Counted from the stretch's first letter, positions 26,897 to 37,727 are shown. The stretch is DNA of 64,000 nucleotides from an uncultured Bacteroidia bacterium (GCA_902800045.1 CADCCZ010000002.1:332131-396130), one strand, 5' to 3'. Translations and numbers: made by a program. Notes: generated by a model from the letters alone, not told the origin.

Positions 26897-29800
26897 TTAT
26901 ATCAATTCTTTAAGCTCTTTCAGTACCTGCTGCTTTCCGGGTTCACCGCTGCGTTTTGCCGTTTCGGTAAAGTAGTGGTGCTCGGTGATGAACTTGTACT
27001 GCATCTTGTTCCACTGCTCGATAGAGTCGATCTTGCCACGCTCGAAAAGCTCGCGGAACAAGTTCTGCGAAATAGGTATAAAGTCGGGACGGCCGAGATA
27101 GTCGAGGTCGGCATCGCACATGATTTCCTCGAGCAAGTTGTGAGGATTCTGTGGCACCTTTGTGGCATTTATTATGCCCTTGATTATTTCTATCTGCTCG
27201 CGTGAGAACTTGTACTTTGCAAGCGTCTGATGAGCCAAACGGGCACCGATTTCCTCGTTGTTGTCGTAGCTTGCCATAAAACCGCTGTCGTGGAAAAGTG
27301 CAGCGCAACGCAGAAGCAACAAATCCTCTTCCGAAACATTCTCCTTGGTACCAATGTCGGTAACCCGATAAATGGCATCGGTAGTGTGTTTGAGATTGTG
27401 ATAGTATAAGTTCTTCGGCAAGTCGCGTTGCATCTGTTCGAGAATTTCTTCCTGGATAAGCGAGAAATTAAGACTCTGCTTACGCACATTGAACAGATGG
27501 TTTGGCGTAATACCATCACCATTCTCGGAAAGTTCCTCGAGGATTCCGTTTACGTAGAACATTTCCATTTCACCCTTGTTCTTTACATCCATCAAACCAC
27601 GGTTTTCACAATTGAAGAATTCCTTCACATGGCGATATGTCTCTTCCGAAATATTTACACGTCCAACCTCACCATGCGACTCCATGCGGCTTGCAATGTT
27701 AACCGTATCGCCCCAGATGTCGTACTCAATCTTTTGTGCGCCCACAATACCAGCTACAACAGGACCTGTATGTATTCCCACGCGCATTTTCATCTTTAGG
27801 TCGTGAGTCTTGTTGAGGTCGTCCAAAGCCTTCTGCATTTCGATTCCGGCAAGCACAACCTCGACCGGATTTGTAGCATCGCGGTTTGGCATACCTCCAG
27901 CGCACATGTAAGCATCACCTATAGTCTTTATCTTTTCGATGTTATACTTCGAAATAATGTTATCGAACGACACAAACAGCTCGTTAAGGTACTTTATAAG
28001 TTCCTCGGGATTGGTTGTCGCAGCTATCTTTGTAAAGCCTTGAATATCAGAAAACAGCACTGTAACCATTTCGTACTTTTGCGACTTTGCATTTCCTGTG
28101 CGCTGCAATTCATCCACTGCATTCTGCGGCAAAAGTTTCTTGACAAGGTTTTCGGTCTGCTCCTTTTGCATCACAAGTTCGTTTGTTCGCATCTCGACAA
28201 GTTTCTCGAGGCGATATTTTTCCTTCGAATGCACAATGTTTCGCCATGCCAGCACAAGTATAAATATCACGACAAAACTAAGCACATACAGAATATAAGC
28301 CAAAGCTGTACGATAATATGGAGGCGACACCTCGAAGCCGAATTCGGCGACATTGCTCATATACCCGTAGCCGTTGCGCGAACGTACCATAAACTTGTAC
28401 GAGCCTTCCGACAGGCTTATGTATTCCTTGTACGAATCGGTTGTCCAGTCGGACCAGTCGTCGTCGAAGCCTTCGAGTCGATACTGGTAATAGGTATCAC
28501 CGAATGTGTTGTACGACAATCCAGCCACCTCGAACCTGATATTACGGTCCTGATAACGTATTTTGTGAACAATATCCCTACTTTCTGAATAATTGAGGTC
28601 GAATGCGTATATAATTGAGTCGCCAGCAACAGTTACTTTTCGTATCATGCACACAAAAGCGCTATCGCCAGTAAAACTGGCATATTTGTCTTTGCTATAC
28701 TTGATTAGCGCATCGGAAGTTCCGAACCATACCACGCTGTCGCCTTCGGGGTATATTGTTTCCACCACAGCCTCCTCCATCTGGGCGAACGATGATATCT
28801 CGCGGCTGTATCCGCCCTTTCCGTCGAACTTTATGACACCGACTTCACGCTCGTATGCATCAGAAAACGAACAACTGTACCAGATATTTTCGTTCATGTC
28901 CTCGCTGATGATGCCATATACCGTAGAACAGCGCGAGCCACTGCAGAAACACGACGAATCCTTGTAGAACTTCATTCGGCTATTGTCGTAGCGATAAAGG
29001 CCTTCGGATGTGGAAAATACCGTTCCTAACTGATGAGTCGGGAACACATCGATCCAGTCGAAACCATGAGGCAGACTGTCTTTTTCTCCATATTCAACAA
29101 CCTTGGCCGACAAGTCCAACGAGTCGCCCATAGCAACACGGAACAAACCATCACGGTTTGTACCAATCCAGATGCCGTCCGAATCGGAAACCACAGTACG
29201 TGCAATATACCGCATATTGCTCAATGTTCCTATCTTCTCGACCTTTTCGCCCGATATTCTTGCAAAAGTAATTCCCTGTCTTCCGCCAAGCATTATATAG
29301 TCGTCGCCAGCAATCGTTATGCTCCGCATAGAAATAAACGAACCATCGAGCAATTTCTTGAGCGACATGTCCTCGACAAGGAACAAGCCTTCGTTTGCCA
29401 CAGCATAGAGTTTTTCGTTATAGATATTCAGATTCCAGCAATTGTCGTGCATACCACGTATATACCTGAAACCATTTATGGCTCCTCCGGGACCTGTATG
29501 ATTTACATATCCGAAAAGTCCAACAGTTGTACCCACATATAGTTGACCATGGTAACGAATAATGGCAAGCACTGCGCCTCTCAGTCCGCTGCTCGAAGCA
29601 TTGAAAAACGACAATTCCGAATTTGTTTCCAGAAGGCTTATACCGTTTTCGGTAGCTAGCCAAACCTTGCCCTGATTATCAACGCATAGGTCGTTTATCT
29701 CGTTTGTTTTCAGTCCATTCGACGAATTCAGCACATAGCGGTACTTACCTTCGCTATCGAACGACACAACGCCTCCACCATGAGTTCCAACGACAAAATT

Positions 29801-30565
29801 CCCATCGTGCAACATCCCTATGCACGAAAAATCATTATTCCTGATGTACCTGTCGAAATCGGTTGGGAAATGGGTTAGAATTCCGTCGTTGGAATACAAC
29901 CAGAAGCATGAATTTCTGTTATCACGCAACAATATCTTGTTTTCTTTTGTCCTGATCATGTCGTTGATTCTGATGGAATCGGCAATTGCAGCACACAAGT
30001 CATCATCTTCGAAAACACCATGCACAAGGCGTTTCAGTGGAGCCTTTTTTTTCTGAACATATACAGAATCGCCAAGACTCATAATACGGAAAGGCTCTTC
30101 TTCGATCAGCTTTGTAATCGACGAGTCGGCATACATGTATAGATTTGTTTCGGTGCAGAAATAAACATCGTGTCCAGAAGTAACAACTTTTTTTACCTGT
30201 CCGAAATTTTCTTCAGAATCCTTGGCGAACAGCACGAGCCCCATGTGACCGTTCTGGTACAACAAGCGTCCAAACGTATTATATCCACCGAAATAAATTT
30301 CGTTATTGTCGCTGACTGCCATTTCCGGACGACCAGGAACCTTTACAATATCCCACTTTTCGTTGTCGAACTCCATTATACCATTGGTATTTCCGAAATA
30401 CATGAGCGAATTCTTGTCCTGCACTACGCAAAAATTTTGGCTTTCCTGCCTATAGTCGGCCGGACCGAAATTCTTTATCTGCGGTATACCACATTCGTTA
30501 TATTGGGCAAAAGCCGACAAAACGGCCAGCAATGCAAACGAAAGCAACAATATTATCTGTTTCAT
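26897..30565 (-). CDS. Beta-propeller sensor / class III adenylate-guanylate cyclase / HD-domain fusion protein
   Basis: Signal peptide MKQIILLLSFALLAVLSAFA, an N-terminal region of about 700 aa of two-component-regulator-propeller/Y_Y_Y type, and a TM helix (LAYILYVLSFVVIFILVLAW). Cyclase motifs are LFSDIQGFT, KTIGDAYM, GIHTGPVVAGIVG and YDIWGDTVNIASRMES. The C-terminal HD domain has HNLKHT...ALFHDSGF...DADLDY. Confidence 0.85.
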   Translation of the reverse strand: MKQIILLLSFALLAVLSAFAQYNECGIPQIKNFGPADYRQESQNFCVVQDKNSLMYFGNTNGIMEFDNEKWDIVKVPGRPEMAVSDNNEIYFGGYNTFGRLLYQNGHMGLVLFAKDSEENFGQVKKVVTSGHDVYFCTETNLYMYADSSITKLIEEEPFRIMSLGDSVYVQKKKAPLKRLVHGVFEDDDLCAAIADSIRINDMIRTKENKILLRDNRNSCFWLYSNDGILTHFPTDFDRYIRNNDFSCIGMLHDGNFVVGTHGGGVVSFDSEGKYRYVLNSSNGLKTNEINDLCVDNQGKVWLATENGISLLETNSELSFFNASSSGLRGAVLAIIRYHGQLYVGTTVGLFGYVNHTGPGGAINGFRYIRGMHDNCWNLNIYNEKLYAVANEGLFLVEDMSLKKLLDGSFISMRSITIAGDDYIMLGGRQGITFARISGEKVEKIGTLSNMRYIARTVVSDSDGIWIGTNRDGLFRVAMGDSLDLSAKVVEYGEKDSLPHGFDWIDVFPTHQLGTVFSTSEGLYRYDNSRMKFYKDSSCFCSGSRCSTVYGIISEDMNENIWYSCSFSDAYEREVGVIKFDGKGGYSREISSFAQMEEAVVETIYPEGDSVVWFGTSDALIKYSKDKYASFTGDSAFVCMIRKVTVAGDSIIYAFDLNYSESRDIVHKIRYQDRNIRFEVAGLSYNTFGDTYYQYRLEGFDDDWSDWTTDSYKEYISLSEGSYKFMVRSRNGYGYMSNVAEFGFEVSPPYYRTALAYILYVLSFVVIFILVLAWRNIVHSKEKYRLEKLVEMRTNELVMQKEQTENLVKKLLPQNAVDELQRTGNAKSQKYEMVTVLFSDIQGFTKIAATTNPEELIKYLNELFVSFDNIISKYNIEKIKTIGDAYMCAGGMPNRDATNPVEVVLAGIEMQKALDDLNKTHDLKMKMRVGIHTGPVVAGIVGAQKIEYDIWGDTVNIASRMESHGEVGRVNISEETYRHVKEFFNCENRGLMDVKNKGEMEMFYVNGILEELSENGDGITPNHLFNVRKQSLNFSLIQEEILEQMQRDLPKNLYYHNLKHTTDAIYRVTDIGTKENVSEEDLLLLRCAALFHDSGFMASYDNNEEIGARLAHQTLAKYKFSREQIEIIKGIINATKVPQNPHNLLEEIMCDADLDYLGRPDFIPISQNLFRELFERGKIDSIEQWNKMQYKFITEHHYFTETAKRSGEPGKQQVLKELKELI

Positions 30566-30566
30566 A

Positions 30567-33551
30567 TCAATAACGACTTTGCAATTCCACATAGAAGCAA
30601 GAACCCTTTCCTACTTCCGACTCAACACTAATATTTCCATGCAGCATATCGACATACGACTTTACAATAGCTAAGCCCAAACCTGTGCCCTTAGTTGCGA
30701 GTTCCACATTTTTTGTCTGGTAGAACCTATCGAAAATATTCGGCAAATCTTCCTTCGAAATTCCAATGCCATTGTCGCGCACATATATGCATACGCTTCC
30801 ATCGCCGACATTGTAACCCACCTCAACATTTCCATTTTTCGAAAATTTCAGGGCATTGCTTATCAGGTTTGTAATTATTTGTCGCAGTTTTACATTGTCG
30901 GAGACAATCAGCACATCGTCTTTTTCCTGCGCTGCATTTACAAGTTTCAAATTGTTTTCCTCAATTAACCGTTGACCACGCATCGAAGCACATATATCGC
31001 TGATGACCTTCTTTACGCTAACAATTTCCGACTTCACTTTCATCACACCGGCCTCGAGTTTCGACATTTCTATGAGGTCCGAAAGCACACCGAGCAACTG
31101 ATGCGACGAGTCGAGTATAGTCCTCAAATAATCCTGTTTTTCGGCATTTTCCTCGTCTTCGAGCAACAGGTCGGCAAAACCTATAATTGCATTCATAGGA
31201 GTGCGTAATTCGTGCGAGAGGTTGCCAAGGATAGCAGTCTGCAGTTTTTCGTTCTCTTCCGATTGCTTCCTTATAGTATTGAGCTGCTCTATTACTTGCT
31301 CCCTCTCGGTAACATCGGAAACGACCATAACCACCTCCGACTCCATTGGCAAGAAACTGGCTTCAACTATATAGCTGACACCCCCCACATTAACATTTTT
31401 CCTTACGACATAACTTGAATTCTGGGACATAGCCCTTGCTATACTCTGCCTTATAAGCATGTCGTTTTCCCTGCGCGAAATATACTTTACAAAATAAGCA
31501 ACAAATTCATCATCACTCTTATAATAAGTATAGAAAGGGGAATTTTCGCCGATGAAAACATCTTTTATCTCTGCATTGGCACTAAAAATAACGCTTACAT
31601 CCTTTGATGCCCTAAGGAAATGCTGTTTCTCGACTTCCATCTTCTGCACCATGCCGCGGAAGTTCATCATCTGGTTTTCGTATATTTTTCGGTCGGTAAT
31701 GTCGAGTACAACAGCCTGATACATATCGGTTGATATTGCACCCGAATACATTTCGATAATCTTTACCGTTCCGTCGCCACATTTCAATTCGCGTTCGGCG
31801 CTTATAACTTCGCCGGCATCAACATGCGTATAGTCCAAAGGCTTCGAGGAAAGGCTCGACGGAGTAAACAAATCGGAAATATTCTTACCCAGTATCTCGC
31901 TTGGCGGCAACTTTATCATTTCGCAGAAATGGTCGCTCACATCGATAATATCGCCATGGGTATCGCCAATAAGCACGCCACAAGGCGACTGTTCGACAAT
32001 AAGCTTATATCGCGATGCCGCATTGAGCGACTTTGAAGGGCCTTTTTTCCGCAACGAACGATCGATAAAGTAACAAATGGTGTTGTCCTTGTCGATATAG
32101 TGCAAATGCACCTCGAGCTGCGTTGGTCTGCCCTCCGAAAGTATTTCATATAAAAACACCTCTTCCTTGCGGTTCGATGCTGTAACCTCTATACGGCGAT
32201 TTTTACGCTTGGTATCCTTCAGCACATCCGAGAGCGATTCGCCACGGATGTCGTATTTAATCTTGAGCAACGAATAGGCCTTAGCATTCACCCGTTCTAT
32301 TTTATTTCCTCTGATTACCATCAAACCGCAGATTGAATTGTCGAACATAGCCAGGTTGTAGGTGTACTGCAGAGTAAGATTGTCTTTTACCTGCTGCAAT
32401 TCGCGACGGCTCTCCATTACCACGGCAATGTATCTCTGACCCATTTTCCCTACCGGCAGCAGACGACAAGCCATCTCCAAGTCGCCCCAAATGGTATTTC
32501 TTGCCATAAACTTGTGCTCGGTAGATGTCTGGCTATCGTACAACAAGGCCATATTTCGCTTAATGCCAGTCGAAGCAAAGTTTCCAAGATCGAATATCGA
32601 CTTTGTAAGATACGACTTATAGTCCCAACCCCACATCTTAACAGCGGAGGCATTCAGGTCGCAGATATCTCCATTTTCTGATATCAGGATATAAAGTTCG
32701 GACATTACATCGAATGTATCGCGATATGTGAGAAATGTTCCCGAGCTTGCCGCGCCACTATCGGTATGCTGTGATACCAGCGATACGCAGAACTTCTGCT
32801 CGCCGAAGGTAAAAACATACGAATATACGCCTACTTCGATAATTTCACCGCCATTCTTTACAACAGAATATGTTATTACGGGGTTCTTCTGGTTTGTGGA
32901 GAATATTACCTCGAGCGAGCTCTTGCATTTAGGCAGACATTCTTCGGCTACGTAATTTTCGATACTATCGTAAGGCAGGTCGTCCTGAGTGCCGAATCCC
33001 ATTATCTGGCGCATCATTGAATTTTCGTACACAATCATGCCGTTCCTGTCGCATATTACCACACCTGTCTTCAATTCGCCGAAGAGCTGGCTTATCAGGC
33101 TCCATGCCATAGCGTCTTCCTGCTTGACCCTATTGCTTGGTTCCTTATATCTAACCAAGGCATAATATCTTACGTTACCATCTTCGGTACGTTTAAGAAT
33201 AGACTCCGAAAGACTTACGAATGCTCCAGTACGTGTACGTAGATATAGTGGCTTGTCGATAACGCAGTCGGTCTTGGCAAACATGGAAGTAAGATCCGAC
33301 CTCAGAACCACATATTTGCCCTCGTTTATGGCATCCATGAGCTCCTGCTCGGAAGAATAGCCTAGCATCTGGGCAAACTTGATATTTACACTCAGAAATT
33401 TTCCATTCGAATTGAGCTTATAACCAGGAACCATCAGATCGACACCAATATTTGACTCGCTGATAATCCTATTGCGCTCAATATAACTAGACATTATAAT
33501 CTTGTTCTGATCTTCGATTTGCCGTTCTACTTTGCTAAGACTACTACTCAT
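30567..33551 (-). CDS. Multi-PAS sensor histidine kinase (no receiver domain)
   Basis: 994 aa with several PAS-like segments. HisKA H-box LSHELRTPMNAIIGF and HATPase motifs NALKFS, DNGIGI and GTGLGLAIVK. Its stop lies 1 bp from the downstream ATG at 30565. Confidence 0.9.
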   Translation of the reverse strand: MSSSLSKVERQIEDQNKIIMSSYIERNRIISESNIGVDLMVPGYKLNSNGKFLSVNIKFAQMLGYSSEQELMDAINEGKYVVLRSDLTSMFAKTDCVIDKPLYLRTRTGAFVSLSESILKRTEDGNVRYYALVRYKEPSNRVKQEDAMAWSLISQLFGELKTGVVICDRNGMIVYENSMMRQIMGFGTQDDLPYDSIENYVAEECLPKCKSSLEVIFSTNQKNPVITYSVVKNGGEIIEVGVYSYVFTFGEQKFCVSLVSQHTDSGAASSGTFLTYRDTFDVMSELYILISENGDICDLNASAVKMWGWDYKSYLTKSIFDLGNFASTGIKRNMALLYDSQTSTEHKFMARNTIWGDLEMACRLLPVGKMGQRYIAVVMESRRELQQVKDNLTLQYTYNLAMFDNSICGLMVIRGNKIERVNAKAYSLLKIKYDIRGESLSDVLKDTKRKNRRIEVTASNRKEEVFLYEILSEGRPTQLEVHLHYIDKDNTICYFIDRSLRKKGPSKSLNAASRYKLIVEQSPCGVLIGDTHGDIIDVSDHFCEMIKLPPSEILGKNISDLFTPSSLSSKPLDYTHVDAGEVISAERELKCGDGTVKIIEMYSGAISTDMYQAVVLDITDRKIYENQMMNFRGMVQKMEVEKQHFLRASKDVSVIFSANAEIKDVFIGENSPFYTYYKSDDEFVAYFVKYISRRENDMLIRQSIARAMSQNSSYVVRKNVNVGGVSYIVEASFLPMESEVVMVVSDVTEREQVIEQLNTIRKQSEENEKLQTAILGNLSHELRTPMNAIIGFADLLLEDEENAEKQDYLRTILDSSHQLLGVLSDLIEMSKLEAGVMKVKSEIVSVKKVISDICASMRGQRLIEENNLKLVNAAQEKDDVLIVSDNVKLRQIITNLISNALKFSKNGNVEVGYNVGDGSVCIYVRDNGIGISKEDLPNIFDRFYQTKNVELATKGTGLGLAIVKSYVDMLHGNISVESEVGKGSCFYVELQSRY

Positions 33552-33636
33552 GACTGAAATTATATTCAGTGCAAATTTAAAATATTATTAGACATGATTA
33601 CAAAAAAAAGCGGACTTGCTTTACAAATCCGCTTTG

Positions 33637-33709
33637 TCGGGGTGAGAAGACTCGAACTTCCGGCCTCTACGTCCCGAACGTAGCGCGCTACCAACTGCGC
33701 CACACCCCG
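33637..33709 (-). tRNA. tRNA-Pro (anticodon CGG)
   Basis: Manual fold gives acceptor CGGGGTG/CACCCCG, D arm GCGC-AGTTGGTA-GCGC, anticodon arm CTACG-TTCGGGA-CGTAG, and T arm GGAAG-TTCGAGT-CTTCT. No encoded CCA. Confidence 0.9.
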
Positions 33710-33726
33710 TCTGCCAAAAGGCGGTG

Positions 33727-33734
33727 CAAAAATA
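33727..33734 (-). promoter_or_regulatory. Candidate -7 box TAttTTTG for tRNA-Pro
   Basis: TAnnTTTG on the minus strand, 18-25 nt upstream of the tRNA 5' end. Confidence 0.5.
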
Positions 33735-33800
33735 AGATTTATTTTTCACATCGCATTATTTTTTTGCATTTTTATTTTTCAGTGAAGGTTCAAACAAAAA

Positions 33801-33821
33801 AGTCCGCCTTGCGAGCGGACT
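33801..33821 (-). terminator. Rho-independent terminator after atpG
   Basis: Minus strand reads AGTCCGC-tcgcaag-GCGGACT followed by TTTTTTG. Confidence 0.7.
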
Positions 33822-33846
33822 TTCTTTATTTTCGAATACAAGTTCC

Positions 33847-34722
33847 TTATCCCTTGAGTGCCTCGGCACCGCTGGTGATTTCGGAAAGTTCGTTTGTAAT
33901 GGCAGCCTGACGAGCCTTGTTGTACATGAGCGTGAGAGTCTTGATAAGCTCGGTTGCATTGTCGGTTGCCTGATGCATTGCTGTCATACGGGCTCCCTGC
34001 TCTGCTGCAAAGCTGTCGAGTACCGACTTGAAGAACTGAATCTTCATCGACTTCGGTATCATGTCGTCAACAATCTTATCGACAGTAGGCTCAAAGATAT
34101 AGTCGGATTTCTTTGCTCCTTCGCCTGCTTCGATGGAGAACGGAAGGAAAGGTTCGACTTTCTGTTCCTGCGAAGCTGCGTTCTTGAAGCTGTTGTAGAT
34201 AAGGTCAACTCTGTCGTACTTACCATCAACAAAATCCTTCATTATCGGTTCTGCGATTTCGGCGGCAGTTGCGAAATTGAGCTTGTCGAAAATTTCTTCG
34301 CTGTGAGCAACAATTTCGAACTTCTGCTTAAGTATGAAGTCGTAAGCCTTCTTTCCAAGGCAAATAAACTTCACATTGCCCTTTTCGAGCTGAGCGGGAT
34401 AGTTCTCCTTCACGTGAGCCATAGCCTTCTTGCAGATGTTGGAGTTGAAACCTCCGCACAATCCTCTGTTCGATGCCATCAGCACCACAAGAACCTTCTC
34501 CACCTTGCGAACCTCGCCGTAGCAACTTGCATGGTTCTTGTCGAGGCTTGAACTAACCTCAGACAAAACGTCACGCATCTTGTCGGCATACGGTCTAATC
34601 TGCAAGACTCTGTCCTGAGCCTTCTTCAGTTTAGCCGCAGCAACCATCTTCATTGCAGATGTTATCTGCTTGGTTGACTTTACAGAACTGATTCTATTTC
34701 GTATATCTTTAAGTCCTGCCAT
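33847..34722 (-). CDS. atpG: F0F1 ATP synthase subunit gamma
   Basis: 291 aa. MAGLKDIRNRISSVKSTKQITSAMKMVAAAKL start and C-terminal ITNELSEI..GAEAL. Confidence 0.95.
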   Translation of the reverse strand: MAGLKDIRNRISSVKSTKQITSAMKMVAAAKLKKAQDRVLQIRPYADKMRDVLSEVSSSLDKNHASCYGEVRKVEKVLVVLMASNRGLCGGFNSNICKKAMAHVKENYPAQLEKGNVKFICLGKKAYDFILKQKFEIVAHSEEIFDKLNFATAAEIAEPIMKDFVDGKYDRVDLIYNSFKNAASQEQKVEPFLPFSIEAGEGAKKSDYIFEPTVDKIVDDMIPKSMKIQFFKSVLDSFAAEQGARMTAMHQATDNATELIKTLTLMYNKARQAAITNELSEITSGAEALKG

Positions 34723-34730
34723 AATTTACA

Positions 34731-36311
34731 TTATTTCTTGTACTTCTTTGTTAAATCCTTTGCGACTTCGGTAAGCACATTGGTGATTTCGTCGGAATAT
34801 TCGCCCTTTGCAAGACGGTCCATGATGTCCTTGCGGCTTGTGTTCATGAACTCGATGTATTCCTTTTCGAATTCGCGTACCTTGTCAATCGGAACATCCT
34901 TCATCAAGCCCTTTGTTCCGCAGAAGATGATAGCTGCCTGCTCCTGAACCTTAACTGGTGCATGCTCCGGCTGCTTCAGGATTTCGACGTTCTTGCGGCC
35001 CTTGTCGATAACCGAAAGGGTAACTGCATCGAGGTCGGAACCGAACTTAGCAAAAGCTTCCAGTTCACGGAACTGAGCCTGGTCGGTACGAAGGGTACCA
35101 GCAATCTTCTTCATACACTTTATCTGAGCCTTACCACCTACACGCGATACTGAAATACCGGCGTTGATAGCGGGACGGATACCAGCGTTGAACAAGTTTG
35201 ACTCGAGGAATATCTGTCCGTCGGTGATAGAAATCACGTTGGTCGGGATGTATGCCGAAACGTCGCCTGCCTGGGTTTCGATGATAGGAAGAGCGGTCAA
35301 CGAACCACCACCTCTTACCTTACCCTTGAGGCATTCTGGCAAGTCGTTCATCTTAGCTGCAATCTCGTCGGACTGGATAATCTTAGCAGCTCTTTCGAGC
35401 AGACGTGAGTGCAGATAGAAAACGTCACCCGGATAAGCTTCACGTCCTGGTGGACGACGGAGCAACAACGAAACTTCACGGTACGAAACTGCCTGCTTCG
35501 ACAAGTCGTCGTAGATGATGAGGGCGTGACGTCCAGTATCTCTGAAGTATTCGCCGATTGCAGCGCCTGCGAACGGAGCGTAGTACTGCATAGCTGCCGA
35601 GTCGGAAGCCGTTGAAGTAACGATGATGGTATAGTCCATAGCACCGTAGCGTTCCAAGGTCTTTGCAACGTTAGCAACGGTAGAACCCTTCTGACCGATT
35701 GCAACGTAGATACAATAAACCGGGTCGCCCTTCTCGAAGTTTTCCTTCTGGTTAATTATAGTATCGATTGCGATAGCCGTCTTACCTGTCTGACGGTCAC
35801 CGATAATCAATTCACGCTGTCCTCTTCCGATTGGAATCATGGAGTCGATAGCCTTGATACCAGTCTGCAACGGCTGGTCAACTGGCTGACGGAAAATAAC
35901 ACCGGGAGCAACTCTTTCCAGAGGCATTTCAAACAATTCGCCCTGAATAGGTCCCTTGCCGTCGAGCGGGTCGCCGATTGTGTTTACAACACGGCCCAAC
36001 ATCTGCTCGCCAACCATAATGGAAGCAATACGGCGCATTCTCTTCACCACGTTGCCTTCCTTGATTTCGTCGCAAGGTCCTAATACTACGGCTCCTACAT
36101 TATCTTCCTCTAGATTTAAAACTATCCCCTTGGTGCCGTTCTCGAATTCGACAAGTTCGTTCGACTGAACATTGTCCAATCCGTAGATTCTAGCGATGCC
36201 ATCTCCTACCTCAATAACAGTGCCGACCTCTTCCAAGTTGTTCTTGGTTGCGATGCCGTCCAACTGCTGCTTCAGTATCTGAGACACTTCGGATGGTTTA
36301 ATATCTGCCAT
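34731..36311 (-). CDS. atpA: F0F1 ATP synthase subunit alpha
   Basis: 526 aa. Walker [12 protein letters not shown] and typical alpha motifs ([21 protein letters not shown]). Confidence 0.97.
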   Translation of the reverse strand: MADIKPSEVSQILKQQLDGIATKNNLEEVGTVIEVGDGIARIYGLDNVQSNELVEFENGTKGIVLNLEEDNVGAVVLGPCDEIKEGNVVKRMRRIASIMVGEQMLGRVVNTIGDPLDGKGPIQGELFEMPLERVAPGVIFRQPVDQPLQTGIKAIDSMIPIGRGQRELIIGDRQTGKTAIAIDTIINQKENFEKGDPVYCIYVAIGQKGSTVANVAKTLERYGAMDYTIIVTSTASDSAAMQYYAPFAGAAIGEYFRDTGRHALIIYDDLSKQAVSYREVSLLLRRPPGREAYPGDVFYLHSRLLERAAKIIQSDEIAAKMNDLPECLKGKVRGGGSLTALPIIETQAGDVSAYIPTNVISITDGQIFLESNLFNAGIRPAINAGISVSRVGGKAQIKCMKKIAGTLRTDQAQFRELEAFAKFGSDLDAVTLSVIDKGRKNVEILKQPEHAPVKVQEQAAIIFCGTKGLMKDVPIDKVREFEKEYIEFMNTSRKDIMDRLAKGEYSDEITNVLTEVAKDLTKKYKK

Positions 36312-36342
36312 AAGTCGTATGTTTAATTAAATGTTATACCTA

Positions 36343-36888
36343 TTAATATATTGATCTCTGAAGTGACTGTTTAATTTCCTGCAACTGTGTCCTGACGCTC
36401 AGGTCGAGCTGCTGGTTTTCGATACGTACTATCACGCCGCCAATCATCTGCTCGTCAACCTTGTTCTTCAAATCGACATTTGCCTTGTAAACCTCCTTGA
36501 TGCGGTTTTCGATGTCGGCACGAAGAGCGTCGTTAATCGGCTGGGCTGTGGTTATCACAACTTCCTTGCAGTTGTTCTTGCGGCGATACGAAGTCTCGAA
36601 GTTGCGAAGTATGTCAACCACATATATTTCGCGGTTCTTCTCGACAAGGAACTTGAGGAAGTTGAGCGACAATTCGTCAATCTTTCCAGCGAAAGTTCCA
36701 TCGAAAAGGCTTATCTTGTCGGACTTCTTGACGATAGGGCTAGCCATTACCTCCTTGAATTCGGGGAGGTCGGCCAATGCTTCGCGCACGAGACGGAAAT
36801 CGGCATACACTTTTTCAAGCAGTCCTTTTTCCTCTGCAAGCTCGAATATTGCCCTTGCGTATCTAACAGAAATCTTGCTCTGATTCAT
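36343..36888 (-). CDS. atpH: F0F1 ATP synthase subunit delta
   Basis: 181 aa with VRYARAIFELA at the N terminus. Sits between atpF and atpA. Confidence 0.9.
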   Translation of the reverse strand: MNQSKISVRYARAIFELAEEKGLLEKVYADFRLVREALADLPEFKEVMASPIVKKSDKISLFDGTFAGKIDELSLNFLKFLVEKNREIYVVDILRNFETSYRRKNNCKEVVITTAQPINDALRADIENRIKEVYKANVDLKNKVDEQMIGGVIVRIENQQLDLSVRTQLQEIKQSLQRSIY

Positions 36889-36890
36889 AA

Positions 36891-37385
36891 CTAGTTGAAT
36901 TTAATTTCTTTTACCAAATCGTTCACGAGCATTTCCTGGTCGGGTGTAGTGCTGATTTGCTTGCGTACAACCTTTTCGGCAACGGCAATCGAGAGGTCGA
37001 GAACCTGATTCTTGATGTCGGCCATAGCAGTCACCATCATAGCATCACGTTTCTGTTCAGCCTCGGCCATAACCTTTGCGGCAGCCTTTTCTGCTTCCGA
37101 CTTAGCCTGTGCTACGATTTGTTCCTTTATTTCACGCGCCTCCTTAAGCATCTTGTCTCTTTCTGCACGAGCCTCGTCCATAATCTTCTCGTTGTCGGCC
37201 TGAAGTTTCTTCATTTCCTCGCGAGCGATTTCGGCCTGATTCAATGCATCCTCGATGCTCTGGCTTCTTTTCTTAATAGCATTGTTGATGGGCTTCCAAG
37301 CAACCTTGCCCAATACGATGAGCAATGTCAGGAAAATAATGGTGGTCCAAAAAACTAATCCTATTCCGGGCGTTACTAAATCCAT
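36891..37385 (-). CDS. atpF: F0F1 ATP synthase subunit b
   Basis: 164 aa. N-terminal TM helix followed by a long charged helix (REEMKKLQADNEKIMDEARAERDKMLKEA). Confidence 0.9.
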   Translation of the reverse strand: MDLVTPGIGLVFWTTIIFLTLLIVLGKVAWKPINNAIKKRSQSIEDALNQAEIAREEMKKLQADNEKIMDEARAERDKMLKEAREIKEQIVAQAKSEAEKAAAKVMAEAEQKRDAMMVTAMADIKNQVLDLSIAVAEKVVRKQISTTPDQEMLVNDLVKEIKFN

Positions 37386-37473
37386 AACCTATATATTTTA
37401 ATTTAACGTTTCTTCTGTTTTTAACGGGTAGCTCCAGCCAATCGCTGGAGAACCCGTTTGCTTTTGCACTGAA

Positions 37474-37680
37474 TTAAGCGATCAAAGCAACTACAACACC
37501 GAACAAAGCAACACCTTCTACAAGAGCTGCTGCGATGATCATTGCAGTCTGAACTTTACCTGCTGCTTCAGGCTGTCTTGCGATAGCGTCCATTGCTGCG
37601 CTACCAATCTTTCCGATGCCTAAACCTGCACCCAATACTGCCAAACCGGCGCCAAGTGATGCGATTGTTGTAATTCCCAT
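37474..37680 (-). CDS. atpE: F0F1 ATP synthase subunit c
   Basis: 68 aa hairpin proteolipid with a RQPE loop and the conserved carboxylate in AALVEGVALF. Confidence 0.9.
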   Translation of the reverse strand: MGITTIASLGAGLAVLGAGLGIGKIGSAAMDAIARQPEAAGKVQTAMIIAAALVEGVALFGVVVALIA

Positions 37681-37727
37681 AGTAACAAATATTAAAAATT
37701 AAACATAAAAAATTCTAAATCAACATT

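Noticed and set aside
33603-33636. The hairpin GCGGA-N13-TCCGC next to tRNA-Pro as a confident terminator.
   Set aside because: The stem is only 5 bp with a 13-nt loop. It is followed by a T-run on the minus strand, so it may work, but the evidence is too weak to list as a feature.
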